Below the pieces are notes generated by a model. That model saw only the letters and a program-made list of their open reading frames with translations. It ran no database searches and was not told where the DNA came from. From Chrysomallon squamiferum (lineage: Eukaryota > Animalia > Mollusca): a stretch of 64,000 nucleotides of DNA. A program made the translations under genes and the position numbers. This document shows, one piece after another, positions 13,322-48,424 of this stretch. Location of the stretch: NCBI GenBank assembly GCA_012295275.1, contig CM022672.1:25978001-26042000 (forward strand), given 5' to 3'. Every line of letters begins with the position of its first letter. The stretch's first letter is position 1.

Positions 13322-14982
13322 GAAAACAACAACAACAGTAAACAACAACAACGACAAAAATTAAACCAACAAACAAATTCAAATACTGATTACACAATTT
13401 ATACGAAACTCAACAAAAGTAAAAAAAACTATCGCTCCAAAAACATTCTCCAGTTATTTTCTTGAGCTATGTTGTGTATCTCGCATGGACCGTTACGTAC
13501 AATCACTGTCAATTTGCTCGCATTCTTTATTCTTCATAAATTACAACGCCAACACAAAAGAGATCTTCGCAGTAACAACTTTGTTCAGTGGTGACAATAT
13601 TTCAGAGCTACCCGTGAACAGGCGAACTTGGTTGCTGTGTTGTGACTATCAAAGGTGGACGACCAATTTACAGCCAGCCTCTGACAGAAAATGTTCTAAA
13701 CTCTACAATCATGATTACAACACAAACAGTGTATTGCCCTTCTATTTGCTCAGTAAGTGATTAAATGAGACTGGATAGACGAAAAGCGTCTCTTGGTCTC
13801 CGTTGAAGATATATATCAGCAATAATTTATTGTGAAACGTCTCAGTTAAAAAAAAAAAAAAAAAAAAAAAAGAAAAAAATAAAGAATGAAAAGGTAAAGT
13901 GTAAACATTCCTCGTTTCGAAAGGGAAGGGTAATGAAGCCTCATATCCTCATCTCTGTAGGAGACCACGTGGTCACACATATCAGACTGAAGAATGGTAG
14001 ATCCTCGGTTCCAGTGACCATTTGTTTTCAAAACTCAGTAATTACTGAGAAATGCATATCCTTTGTGAAGGGAATGGAATGACAGAGATTGGGAAAGAAA
14101 ATATGAGAGAAAGAAAAAGAGAGAACGACAGAAACTAACTGGACAGTAAAACGTAGATAGTTGATTCAGTGTTATACAGCCACCAAACAATGTCATGGTG
14201 AATTCTGGCTTCTGTATTATGTACATCTAATTTATAATTTAAAAAAACCCAGCGGGTTTCAGCAAATGTGACTAATGCTTACAATATCTAAGCATATTTT
14301 AAATGATTAATTGACTGAACTTAGTATATATGATAATAACACAAGAATAGTAAGAACTACAGATGATGCCAGTGACGATGACGATAAAGATAGAAATGAT
14401 GTCATCTCCATTACATTAAACACAATTAGTCACATATTCTGTATCGGCTCCACGATCACGACCTGCTGGTCTTGCAGTGGATGATGCAATCTCTGTCGAT
14501 TTAAAAACATTAACAGTAAAAACAGCTGCACTGTCTGTACCAGCAGCCGGAAGTTCTCACTTGACAAATATGCTTGAATGGTCGCGTGGGTTGTTGGAGA
14601 TTTACCACTGGAACCAGCCAATTCGTAATTAAGTGTAACAAGTTCTTAGTATCTCATCACTTTGATAGCTTGCATGGAGTACTTAGAGTAGGCGTCAGGG
14701 ATACGGCAACAATAGAAGACATTAATACGATTGTGACTGGAACAATGGTGTACGCTTTCCTGTCCGTTTTCTTTTGAAAGCGAAAACACTTTGAAAGAAT
14801 CTACAGTTTAATGTAGCAGTTTGAAGGCCAAGTCTAGACAGTTTGAAGAAAAGAAAAAGCAAATCGTGAGACCGGAACGTATATATAGATGAGAGAGTGC
14901 GACCGAGAACTAGAGTATTTACGATTTGTTGACGTTTAAACCTTTCGTTATTTCTTAGCTTGAGAACCAGTTATATATGCTT

Positions 14983-14993
14983 AAATAAAATAA

Positions 14994-15076
<83 letters not shown>

Positions 15077-15110
15077 ACAAAATAAAATAAAATAAAATAA
15101 AATAAAATAC
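14983..15110. repeat. (AAAT)n then (AAAAT)n microsatellite
   Basis: Direct reading. Confidence 0.9.
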
Positions 15111-16309
15111 AAAATTAATTAATCAAATTTATAGATTATCACAGTCGAATTTTGAAAGCTTGCATGAAACTTTTTGTTAGGTTATTTATTTTAAACATTA
15201 AACAATACGGCTATCAGTTTTTTTCTTAATCAGATTTAAAATTTTGTAATCATATATGATGTTTTTAGACTGAACTGAAAAATCTAATTATTTAAAACTA
15301 TTCTATCTCAAACGCACCCACACATTCAAATGCATTCGTAAAATATTCACATCATATCTTTTCTTATATCCTAAACAAGATTTGAACTGTACAACCTGCT
15401 ACAAGTAGAATAACTTTAAATTAATAATACTCTGTAAAAGGAAAATATACCGCTTCTCGTATATTACATTAAGCACGCTTATCAGAAAGACTTATTTTCT
15501 AACGAATGGTAGTCAGAATTGCTAATCTTTGGTCGTTTCAAATGGTAATGATATATTAAGGAGTATTGATAGTGACATCAGATCCTTCTCTGTAAAACAT
15601 ATGAGAAAGATAGTGAAATAAAAACTTAAAAATTAGATATTCATAATCATTAGATTTATATTTCAGCAGCATGTTTTATCGCCAAGTATGTGCTTACAGA
15701 CAGAAAACCCAGGGTACACGATGGAGCACTTCATATTCCTTTTAAGACTCCATTTCTTTAAAAAAAAAAACAGATCTGATAACTCGTGTGGGTTTCTCTC
15801 CAGTCCTCGGCTTTGCTGACTGCACATAATTCACCACGTTCATTCATTTCCCTATCCCAGACACTCAGACACCAAAAACTCGAAAAAACCATCTTAATCG
15901 CGACTACGTGTCTCCGTTTGTTTTTAAATTCCATTTTTCGATTTTCACTTTCCGTGACATTGTTTTTCTTCCTTACGCTGGAGAGTGCTCGAGAAGAACA
16001 GACAATTCATTTGCGAACACTTGATTCCCTGAGTACCGCGCGCCAGTACTTGTACGCGACACGGCCCTCGTATCTGGAGGTAAGCCATTGGAGGTAGTGA
16101 AAGACGATCACAATATCTATTAGCCGATCGAACTGTACAATAATCCTTTAAAACGGTGCCGTAATATTGCGTTAATATTGTCCTATTATTGTGTATGAGA
16201 GCCAGTCGAACCTCACAAGTGTTCGTCGAGGTGGTCTCCTAGCTAGCAGAGGAAAACAGAATTTCTTTTTGTGCATTGAAGGGCTCGCACTGCTATAAGC
16301 TGCAGCCAT

Positions 16310-16420
16310 TAGGATTCTCTCAACTCCTACCAGGGGCCCTGGGCTTATCAAAGGCTGTGGTATTTGCTTTCCCAAGGATATGTGATACTACATGTAAAAA
16401 GTCCTTTGCTGTTGTTAAAA
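16310..16420 (+). mobile_element. Degenerate SINE-like core fragment
   Basis: TTATCAAAGGCTGTGGTATTTGCTTTCC...CATGTAAAAAGTCCTTTGCTG resembles, from memory, the central domain of a common gastropod tRNA-derived SINE, and aligns loosely with 52395-52500 in this window. Family assignment not verified. Confidence 0.45.
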
Positions 16421-16458
16421 CAAAATTTAATTATATCTAATGCTAATGATAACGATGA

Positions 16459-16498
<40 letters not shown>

Positions 16499-17399
16499 TT
16501 AAAATTATTAAAATTTTCCACCAATGTATTTAGTTAATTTAATTCTTAAACTCGTTTAGCTAAGATGCTTTAAGCCTTAAGACATGTAGTATATTACGTA
16601 TCTTTAAAACGTCAGAATTACCTGGCCGGTGTTGAAATGAATGTACAACGGCTCAGTCTGATAGGACTTTTGTGAAAACAATTATTGTTATATTAAACTG
16701 GACTAAAAAGAAAGCCAGTCACACACTCATATATACGATAACTACGACAACAAAACAATAAAGAACTGAAGAAGAAATATATAAAATACATGATAAAATA
16801 CCGAAAGATGACACAATACACACGAAACTAAACTGGTCTGGAGGTAAACAGAAATTAATGTTCAGTTATATATCCAAACAGTAATCAAAACTCAGTCTTG
16901 CAGGCTGTTCGTCACCTCTGTTTGCCATACATTTTAAATACAGTGTATTTATGTATTTATATGTGTGTAGAGCAGTCGCCTGGTCGATGTATACATATGT
17001 ATGATGTATATATTTATATATGTAATTATATATTTATGTGTGTGTGTGTATATGTATGACACTGATAGGTAAGATGAATATAATAAAGTATTAGGAATTT
17101 GAAATGCTCCTCTCGTTATTCTGTTTAGTTTCTATGTTTTGTCATTAGCAGCTTTTATTTATTTATTTTTTCTTCAGTCAGTATTCTCTGTTTTCTTTCT
17201 GAGTAATCAAATGAAGAAAGTCAGTAACGAATTCTTAGCCTGATAATCAATGCAGTGCACATATGATTTTATATTTTATTTTGAATAAAAGCTGAAAAGA
17301 ATGCTGCGTTTAAATAATACCATGCTTCGTTGTGTTTCTTTACTTATTTTTAGTTATTCTTTTTGTTCTTTCTTTAAGTTGTTTCTATATTTTCTGGAT

Positions 17400-18069
17400 T
17401 CAGTACGCCGCCACTAGTTGGCGCAACGAACAACAGAACAACCGCCCAGCACCCCGCGTCTCAGTTGTTTGCTTCACGTGTTACCTCGCCGTGGAAGCAT
17501 CTCTGTTGTCTTGTGCTCGCGTTTTATGCGGTATTTTGCCAAATTTCCATGGATCCTGAGAAAGGAGTGCAAAGGAGAGTACTGAGAAGAAGAAGCGGAT
17601 GATGCCCATTGCATTAAAGTATAAAATCACAGAAAAATATGGGAGAGGTGTGCGTGTAGTCAACGCGGCTAGGCAGTACGAGAGTAGTAATTTTACGATA
17701 TGTACCATACTGAAGCAGGAGGAGTCGACAAAAGCTGTATGTCCAGCCAAAGGCCCTAAACAAATTTCTAAGCTGAGGACTTCTGTCCATGAAGAGATGG
17801 AGAAACCCTAACCCTGTAGATTTTACAAAACCAATTTATTTCTTTACATTCTCTTTTTTATTTTGTTTTTACACAATATTTGTCTTTTACAAATACATTT
17901 TTCTTACTTAAAAACATGTTACAAAAACTTGGGGTGGTTTTGGGGGGCATGAACGGATTAATGGTATTTCAGTTAATTTCATTTGGGAAAACTGATTTGA
18001 TATACGAGCAAATTTCAGTTACGAGCTCGGCCACGGAACGAATTAAACTCGTAAATGAAGGTACCACTG
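17400..18069 (+). mobile_element. Internally deleted Tigger/pogo (Tc1-mariner superfamily) DNA transposon remnant with N-terminal CENP-B-type HTH fragment
   Basis: ORF 17599-17811 (EKKKR)MMPIALKYKITEKYGRGVRVVNAARQYESSNFTICTILKQEES...SKLRTSVHEEMEKP matches the Tigger transposase HTH pattern. Frameshifted start near ATG 17549; no DDE domain. Right end ...CTCGTAAATGAAGGTACCACTG (18069) is a Tigger-type terminal inverted repeat; left TIR not found. Confidence 0.8.
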
Positions 18070-18083
18070 TGTATATATATATA

Positions 18084-18404
18084 AGGTACCGGACCAATTA
18101 TCCGGCGTCCTGAAATCCGGAAAGACCAGAAAACCGGAAGCTTTACCCCGACGCTATTTTCATAGATCGCACGCGCGGGTGTTGTTCTCACCAGACGGAA
18201 CTACTCTTTCAAGCCGCGTGGCGTTCATTCACTCGCCGCATTGTTTACGTGCCGAGTCGCCACAGTTGTGTATTGTCAATTTTACTTTATGTTTTTAATT
18301 TTAAAATGTTTATGCCTAATTATTTACGTATTCAAATGCCTTGATACCAGAAATCCGGAATGCCTTAGACCCCAAGGTTATCCGTATAATTGGTCCGGTA
18401 CCTG
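18084..18404. mobile_element. Non-autonomous MITE (pogo/Tigger-type) with 18-bp perfect TIRs and TA target site
   Basis: Left AGGTACCGGACCAATTAT (18084-18101) and right ATAATTGGTCCGGTACCT+G (ending 18404), with TA on both sides; subterminal AAA(T/A)CCGGAA repeats at both ends. Confidence 0.85.
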
Positions 18405-18714
18405 TAATAATACAACTTTAAAGTTCTAGTATTTTCAAATTAAAAGAAGAATTTTGTAAATGGTATGTGTCAAATTCAGGATATGCCAGAACAGTGTGAA
18501 ACAGCTAGTCTTTTAAATAAATGATATGATGCTGTTAGGAAGGCAGTCACATCTTTAATTTGTTCTGTAAATAGCGAAGCTTACAAACAAACAAACAAAC
18601 AAAAAATCAGTAACGCTAACAATAGCATTAGCATTTGACGATATAACTAATTAAGATTTGCTCAACAAGTAATTAATTAATTACTATCAATTTAGATTAA
18701 TAATTAAAAATACT

Positions 18715-18786
18715 AGGGGACACCCGGGATCGAACCAGGGACCTCTCGATCTGCAGTCGAATGCTCTACCACTGAGCTATATCCCC
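18715..18786 (-). tRNA. trnC-GCA: tRNA-Cys (GCA), 72 nt, intronless
   Basis: Reverse complement is GGGGATATAGCTCAGTGGTAGAGCATTCGACTGCAGATCGAGAGGTCCCTGGTTCGATCCCGGGTGTCCCCT. Folds as a cloverleaf with anticodon loop CTGCAGA, has A and B boxes, and a T5 terminator just downstream. Confidence 0.97.
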
Positions 18787-19110
18787 TTACATATAACGCC
18801 CTATATTTTTCTCCAAGTATATGTCTTTTTATTTTATATACATCAATAAAGCTAATTTGCAAAGTAGTACGTTTCTGACGTTTATCTGATTTGGCTGTAC
18901 CGTAGGCGTTGTTTCGAAAATAGCTAATACTTGTTCTACAACATCTCAGCTTTTATTTCGATGAGATACAGTAAGAATAACTGTACTAGTAAAATGTACT
19001 AAAGTAATTACTTTTCTTTATATAACCGTATTCTGTAAAGATTAAAAAACATATTTTTGATAATGGGTGCCCTATTTCGTTTTCGTATTATAAATATTAA
19101 TTTTAAATAC

Positions 19111-19410
19111 GAAGTATGAAAAACGTGTTATTTAATGACGCAATCAAAATAACTATATTATCACATATTACACGGTGTTACAAATACGATTATTATTTTT
19201 CTTCAAAAACCGTTTTAATTCTTAAACAGTATTAACAGTACAAGTAAAGAGAGACTAACAACAAACAGTTTTTCATTTACTAAAGTAATAATGTTATGAT
19301 AAGTTAGTCTTGTTTGTTAGGAAGTGAGAGGAAACAGCACTGCGAGGTGTTGAACCAGTGGTCTGTCACACGTCGGCTCTGCGTTCTGAGAGCCGAACCA
19401 CATTCCACTG
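19111..19410 (-). mobile_element. Degenerate tRNA-derived SINE-like relic
   Basis: Minus strand has a decayed tRNA-like head (GTGGTTCGG...GGTTCAACACC, 19401-19346) and a tail GATTGCGTCATTAAATAACACGTTT similar to GAGTGGGTCATTAAGCAAAACATTT at ~52596-52620. Confidence 0.4.
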
Positions 19411-20448
19411 ACACAGTGTTTTAGTTGTCACATCGGAATGTCTAGAGCAAAATAATTTTATTTCTTTTACCGCAGTTTCATTATACAAAATGCACAATGT
19501 TTTCTTTTCTTTTCGTACAAAAATACAGTAAGTTTCGAGTCAAATATTCAGATAATTAAAGCCATTGTGAAAAAGTTAAGATGCAACAATGATAAACGCA
19601 GCAGTCGTAAGCTAAAACAGCATATTATTCACAGTGCGTTAATGTGTTGGCTTTGTAAACTGAAATGTCCTGTTTAACCACGTAGCTTTAATTAAAACAC
19701 AACTGTCCGAGATTTAAGTCTTTTCTTGGTTTGTTTACCTCACGATTACTGGCTGATGGTTACGAAAATTAAATCAGAAAAGTAAATATTAAATTATTTT
19801 CTGCCAGTACATGTCAAAGAATTGTTTGGAGATGCATTAGATCGAACACTTTCTGATCAGACTTACTAAATTAACTTTAAAAATAAACTGCATACTTTGA
19901 ACATGTTCATTAGTTTTTATTCTCTTAGTCTATCTCCTTCCTGTACAGTCTCTGTCTTTCTCTTTCTCTCACACTTTCTATTTCTGTCTGTTTATCTTTT
20001 CTGTTTGTTTGTCCGTCTCTGTTACTATCGATTTATCTGATTCACTCTCTCTTCTCTCTCCCCTTTCTCTCTCCCTTTCTCTGTCACTCTATCTCTCTTT
20101 CTCTCTCTGCCTATCTGTCTCTCTGTCTATCTTTCTCTTTCTTTCTGTATACCTATCTCACTGTCTATCTGTCTCTCTGTATACCTTATCGTATTTTCTC
20201 TCTCTTTCTCTGTCATATAATGTTAAAAATCCATATAAGATTTCAAAGACTCTTAAATAAGATGTCATTCTTAAAAGAACACGAAATTGTTTCCATCTTA
20301 AAAGATTTTTAAAATCTAACTTTAGCCATAAAACAAAAGAAAAATTAGAAAAAGAACAAGAAATATATAAAGAAAATTCACTATTTTTAGCGAACTCGAA
20401 CTGTCTGAATAATAACATACAAAAGAAAAGTATGTTTTAAGTTGATCA

Positions 20449-20517
<69 letters not shown>

Positions 20518-20848
20518 TAATAATTATAATAAAAAAAATTAAAAAAAGCAATATAAAATAAAATGAATAATTAAAACAAAATTAAATAAAATAATATAAT
20601 AAAAAATTAACAATAACTATTTTTAGTATTCGACTCCAATATTAATAATGTAAGATAATATCACGCATGGATAACACTAGACAACACAACGCCGACAGCT
20701 GTCGCTATTTTTATCAAAATCAGATTTACATCAAAGAGCAGTATTACTTACAAATCAGATGCGTTGGCAGGGAAATCACATTTTCAATCGCTGTATTGTT
20801 TTAATAACATCGGAATGAAAGGTGACTTTATTCTTTGATGATATACAA

Positions 20849-20920
20849 GGGGATATAGCTCAGTGGTAGAGCATTCGACTGCAGATCGAGAGGTCCCTGG
20901 TTCGATCCCGGGTGTCCCCT
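20849..20920 (+). tRNA. trnC-GCA: tRNA-Cys (GCA), 72 nt, identical to the copy at 18715-18786
   Basis: Same 72-nt sequence; cloverleaf, anticodon GCA, T7 terminator at 20926-20932. Confidence 0.97.
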
Positions 20921-21392
20921 TGTTATTTTTTTATAATTATTTATTTATTTTCTAATTATTCATTATTTTAAAACGTTTTATCATGAAATACTGCTTGTAT
21001 TTTTAGGGCTTTTTATTTATTTATGTTCTGTTTTTAAGATTCGTAATTAGAAGGGAAAAAAAAAATCATGTTATATCATACAAATATTGATGTTTGTTTT
21101 ATTTTGGTTTGGTTTATTTTAAGTTAGATATTGAAGACTTGTTTGCTTGCGTAAATCATGTTGTTTTAGATAAATATTATTTTATGAAGTTATTAATTTA
21201 ATTTAATTTATTCATTCATTCATTCATTCTTTCTTTCTTTCATTTAAATTTATTTATTTATTGGTTGTTAAATAAATTGAGAAATTTCTGGTTCTATCAC
21301 AGATGTTTCTCGAAATTTCTCTATGATTTTTCAAATAATTATTTAACAGCTGCAGTCGTAGTAATTACAGTAACAGTAGCAGTCGTAATGAA

Positions 21393-21498
<106 letters not shown>

Positions 21499-23699
21499 CC
21501 AAGTAAAACACAATAAGAGAAAAACAAATAATACAAAAGAAAAACATTAAAAAGAAAAAAGAAAATTAAGAGTAAAAGCAAGGAAAAAAGAAAATATGTA
21601 CAATAAATAACAAAACCAATTATTACGAGAAATAAAGTCATAAAGACCAACAATCGAAAACTGGGTTTTCTTGGTTTTTTCTTTCTAATTTCTGTCTGTT
21701 GTGTATAACAATTTCTGATTTTGTTTTCCCAGCTTTCTTCGGTATGGCATTGTTCAAACCTAGAAAATCTTAAACCCTTTGAATAAACATCATAACAAAA
21801 TACTTTATTAAGTGTAATATTTACTCTAAATCTGACAGTGCCAATAACCGAGAACTCAGGATCGATTTATTGTTATGAATTTATACTTTACTCGGTCGTC
21901 GTTTCAAAGACGAAAGAAAACGAAGTAGGTTTTGGCATGAAGAAGCTTTTTAATGACAAAAGTAGTGTAAGTTTCTAAAACGTGCACACTTCTGTTACAA
22001 CAATCTGAAAGCTTTCTCTTTGTAGAAATATGTTTTATCGGGACTTCGATGAGTTCTCGTGAAAATTTTATTTTTACTCCAGGCCAGATTTTAATAACGT
22101 GTTAGTATTTTTAAGTATTATTTCTTCTTATTTTCTATTTACAAATCAAACTAAATTATAAGAAAACAATACACATAAACAAACACACACACAGACATAT
22201 AAACATATACATACACATAAATACATACAGATAAACATATACACACTCACAAATACATATATGCATACGTACATATATACATACGTACGTATATACACAC
22301 ACACACATATATACATACATACATACATACATACATACATACATACATACATACATACATACATACATACATACATACATACATGCATACGTACATCCAA
22401 ACACACATACATACATACGTACATATATAAATACATAATTTCTAAGCATTATGTTTATAAATAAGCATACGATTTCTCTGTCAACCTGATTTATAAGAAA
22501 TAATGCTTTCCTGAGTTTGTCTAATTTGACGAAGAAAGAAAACGATACGATTACCATTTTATTTGAATCATTATAAAGATATTTCATCGCTGGAGAAGAA
22601 AGTTTATATGTTTTATCAGTCTAATATTTCATAAAACTGTACATCACTTAGTCGCTGTCACACCGGAAACGTAAACATTAAATACTTTTTTTTATTTCAG
22701 AATATGTAATACAAATTGAAATATCTGTTACTTAATGTAGTTCAGTACAGAATCTAAAAAGAAAAACAAAATGATTTCAGTTAAGGAAATGTGCTTTCTG
22801 CGATGACTTCCGCTCTTTATAACAACAATGTCATTTTCGAGTAGATTTTAATGCATTTGTTTTGTCTATATCATAGATTATTGATTAACATGTACTAAAT
22901 GTATCCTTTTATTTCAGAATCCGTTTATTTAGGTTCGAACCGCTAAGAAAATAAAATGATCATACCTACACTTGATGAACCAGCACAAAGATTTCTTGGT
23001 TTAAATAATATAATTATTAATTTTATTTTATTTAACTGAAGAAAAGAAATAACAATATGCAGACTTAATTAACAACTAGTAAAAGAGACAAGGTATTTAA
23101 CTTATTTTAAATTCATTATAAAAATTCAGTTTAAAAGTCAATATAAAAAGTAGTACGATATCCAGACATCACAAATATTACGTGGATCAGCAAATATGAA
23201 AGTTAGACAGATATTTAATTTATATTATAAAAATAATAAATTCTGTATAAAAGACAGTACAAAAATGCAATCTGCAGACAGTAGCAATATTAATCTGGAT
23301 CAGCAGATATTTCGGAAGATTGTATAAACCACCCATTTTAAATCCAGTATCCGCACCTGAAAGCCAGAACTTCCTTTACGTATTTACAGTTATTTGTTAT
23401 CATAATCAACGCTTGGTATTCAGTCTCGCTTTTAAAGATATTTTTTTTTGTATGTCGTGAGTCGTTCATTTGGTCCTGCCTCCACCCTGTTATTTAATCC
23501 TAGCCGTGTTTCAAACCCTGTGTAGAAGCAAAATTTCTAATTGTGCCACGTTATAGATTGATCTGAATTCTCTACATCAGCGACTGAACAACAAGATGTA
23601 TCAGTTTACAAATCTCTGATAAACAATCTCTTAATGGATGCTGAACTATTTCTTCTGGGCACGTACACAAAGGGCGCAACGAACATATACAGAGACGTG

Positions 23700-24005
23700 T
23701 AGTTAGAAAGACAGACAGTCAGATAGATAGACAGACAGACAGACTCACAGGCAGACAGACAGAGAGGTAGATAGAGAGACACACAGACAGACAAACAGAG
23801 AGACAGATAGACAGACACACAGACAGACAAACAGAGAGACAGATAGACAGACAGACCCACAGACAAATAGATAGAAAAATAGACATATATATGTAGTTAG
23901 GTTAGTAAACAGATAGATGCACAGTCTGACAGATATATAGGTAGGTAGATAGATAGAGAGACAGACAGACAGACAGATAGATAAATAAAGGGATAGATAG
24001 ATAGA
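23700..24005. repeat. Compound (GACA/GATA/GA)n repeat
   Basis: Direct reading; includes a repeated ~36-bp unit AGACAGACAAACAGAGAGACAGATAGACAGAC. Confidence 0.85.
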
Positions 24006-24499
24006 AAATGCAATAATTTTATAACAATTATTTTTTAATTTTTTAAAATACCAGTGAACCAAACAAATGTTTCATTAAAACGTTATAAAACTACTCCTCC
24101 TCTTGGCATCATGCTTTAGATTACGATGAACACTGACACATTCTTCAACACTTCTCACACTGTGTGTGTTCATCGTGTTACTGTTATGTGTTATTATATT
24201 ACTGTTACGTGTTATCAAACAGTTCCTCTTCTGAAGCTTCAATAGACGATCACATGCATTATTTTGTCCAGAGCTAATTATGAATAACAACGAAGAAAAA
24301 ACAACCACAACACCTTCTTCTGTCAAACAATACACTTGTTACTGAGAACAGAGACAATGATAATGTTATATATTATGTAATGTTACGGACAAACCACACC
24401 TAGACTGTGTTATATAAAATATTTTAAAATAATATTTTATTTTATATTGAACAAAGAAAAAAGTTGTGATTTCCTTCTGAAGGTTGTAAGAAGTTGTGA

Positions 24500-24530
<31 letters not shown>

Positions 24531-24538
24531 TGTATGTA

Positions 24539-24579
<41 letters not shown>

Positions 24580-24831
24580 GTATAAATAAATATAACAACT
24601 GCAGCTATAATAATAATAAGAATAATAATAATCAACAGCAATAATAACAAAACAACATTATACAAAACACACAGAAACGGAACAAATAAATAGAACTACA
24701 GTACTATCGAATTTCATTCAAACTGCTTCATTTCTTTTGTCAGTCAGTATATTTATGTTAATCATCATCATATTTAAGTGCCCGTGTGCATCTTATGCTA
24801 GTAGATTGTTTCTGTAAAAAGGCGAACAATC

Positions 24832-45457
<20,626 letters not shown>

Positions 45458-47239
45458 AAGTAGTAACAGAAGTTTCTGACTTATCAACTTTAACTGTTAC
45501 TGAGACAGCAGCTTTCTGTTTTTTGAATCAGTGTTTGATAAGAAACAACAAAACGATGTTGTTGTTTTTAATGACCATCTTGTCGTTCTTGTTCCCTGAT
45601 GTTTGCCCTTATTAAGATGATAATTTACTTGTCCGAGTTAGATATTTATGTATTGCTTTAAATATAAAGTAAGATATCTTGTAGACTGGCTTCTATATAT
45701 CAGTGAAGAATTTCAGTGCATCCTGTTATATTTTACATTCTTGTGACTTTTGTCTTGGCATTGTGATCTCTATTATACAAATGAAATTTAATAACTAAAA
45801 TTAATTTTTACAAGTCTAAGTAAAACAGTAATTGTTAGATAATGTAAACCTGCATTTAAAGAAATCACACTGACTGTTTTTATAATGTAGTCTGATCTGC
45901 AGATTTCATAATAAGAAGTTGAATTTTTAAAATTCATAATCAAGGGAATATGATTCATGGGAAGGGATGCAGGAGATAAATTCCATCAGAGAAAAAACAA
46001 ATTTAAAAAAAAAAGAAAAACGAGGCAAACTGTTTGGCCCAGCAAGAAGAAACTGGTGTTGTTATGTTTGTAACATTTCGGGCAAATCAACCCCTCTGCC
46101 CTCCTACATCTATTAACAACCCGAATTTGGCCTATTCTGGGGTTTAATGAAAAATGTATTTTGAGAAATTTGAACTCGATATAATATAGCAGTTATTTCA
46201 CACTTATGCATGCAAGCAAGCTTCTTAAAATCGACTTTTTCCAGTCGTGGGTTGTTATTCCATATAGTGTCCTAACCTCCCAACAAATGATATTCACTAA
46301 TCATTATTTTTCTTTTGACTTTTTAAAATGAAATTATGAATTTTGGGGGTTTTCTTTATCTTTTGAAATAATATTTGTTATCATTATCGTTATTGTTGTT
46401 GTTGTTGCTGCTGTTATTTTGTCTGTCAAAATGTTTTATTGTATTGAATAGTGAATTAATGTTTTAATATTTATATTTTTTGTATATTAAATAAATTTGT
46501 TTGTATTGAATAAAGAATTTTTTTTTTTTTTTTTTTTTTGCAATTATAATTTGATTTATAAAATATACACGTGGTTCACTGTGATCCAAATCAGATAAGT
46601 GTTGTGAAATTCATACAAATCGATAACATCAGTGTTATTTTTTCAAGAGAATATTCTAATAAATGTTTCTATGTACAAGTTTGTGTATGTTATAACTGTT
46701 TCAGCGTCAAGAATTAAAAGAGTAACAATATTTTTTCAATAAGTTTCTTCAAATAAATCATCAATATTAATGCTTTTAATTATTTTTTTTATTTCATATA
46801 CTTTCTTTTAAAAAAACATGATTTATTTCTCTTATACAAGACTTTTTTAATTATTATTTTTGTTTGTTACTGGTTCAGGTAAATCACATCCTTATGTTTT
46901 GCTGTTAATAGCCTGCTTACAAAATATGAGTTACAGAATATCGTGTCCAAATAAACCAGAATCATTTCATTATATTACAAAGATAACACATAAATCGAAC
47001 ATAATTGTTTTCATTTTCTTATGTACACTGGGAATTTTCTTAATATATGTATAAAACTTAATAAACGTTTTGTAGCAACATTTACATGTTTTAAAAGTAA
47101 ACAAAAAGTGTTATATAGATTGCAGATGCAACAAAGTTACAGGTCACAATTTTTCTAGGTTTTTGTCTGCAAGTTTGTTTTGGAGGCTGTTTATCAGGGA
47201 AATTTTACTGGGTTTTTTTTTTGATTGTTGGGGGTTTTG

Positions 47240-47271
<32 letters not shown>

Positions 47272-48016
47272 GATTTTTTATTTTTTTTTTTTTTTTTTTT
47301 TTTTATTTTTTTTTTTTTTGTTTGTTCCGTTTTTGGTTGTTTATTTGGTTTATTTTTTTTTTTTTTTTTTTTTTTTTTTGAAAGGTTTAGAGAGGTATAT
47401 GTTTTAAACAGTATTTTGTAGGTGGTTGTTTTTTAGAATTGGTTTCCATTATATGAACGGTGATATACTAAATTGTTTTAAATTTTAAGTAATAAAATTT
47501 CCATTTCGTGGGGCATTTCTTTATTTATCTATTGTATTTGTTAATTCACTGTAATTTCTCTTGACATATTTTCTTTCTGAGGTTTATGTCTTCATAATTC
47601 TGTGCATTACTGTCCTTTTTTTTTTTTTTTTTTTAATAAATTCTAAAATGTTCAGTTCTCAGTTCTAAATTAATTGATACTTCAGCAGAACTTGAAAAAA
47701 TCAAAATTGTCGTCTTGGCATCTGAACTGACGAAATCAGTGGTGGTATGATGGTGACTGATAATGTATAGCTATAAGGATTGACAACTACTATTTTGTCA
47801 ACATCCTCCAAAAGCTTTCTGTAACATGTATTCTCTTCATTAGGCTTAATATTCACAGAATAAACTTTAACGTAAAAATAACGGTTCTGTCTCCAAAATG
47901 TGGTGCGCAATATAATTATTTTTCTGTTACTTGTAGAAACTGCTACTGTCGGAATAACTTTATCTTAGATAGTTGTTTACAAGAAGAACTCAATAAAAAA
48001 AAAAAAAAAAATAAAA

Positions 48017-48064
<48 letters not shown>

Positions 48065-48266
48065 CAAACACAGACAAAACATATGAAAATAAATATTATT
48101 GTCAAACGATCAGACCAATTATTTATCATATTTATCAGGTTTTAAAAATGGTTAATTTATTCTTAATAATAAAGATATAGATGAATTTGTCATTGAAATA
48201 AATAAAAAATAAATAAATAAAATAAAATAAAATAAAAAAAAAATTGATAATATAAAATGTAAAACA

Positions 48267-48323
<57 letters not shown>

Positions 48324-48334
48324 TTATCAATTTA

Positions 48335-48407
<73 letters not shown>

Positions 48408-48424
48408 CATATATTCGGTGTATT

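Noticed and set aside
15785-15825. GTGTGGGTTTCTCTCCAG resembling a V-type SINE core
   Set aside because: The match is too short and degenerate to support without a profile search.
17804-17815. AACCCTAACCCT telomere-like motif at the end of the transposase fragment
   Set aside because: Only two units; can arise by chance or be internal to the element.
19340-19405. Third tRNA gene on the minus strand
   Set aside because: Only decayed A/B-box-like motifs and no cloverleaf; treated as a SINE head.
47701-47965. Minus-strand ORF upstream of AP3M as a divergent gene
   Set aside because: No ATG start, no recognisable domain, no convincing splice partners.
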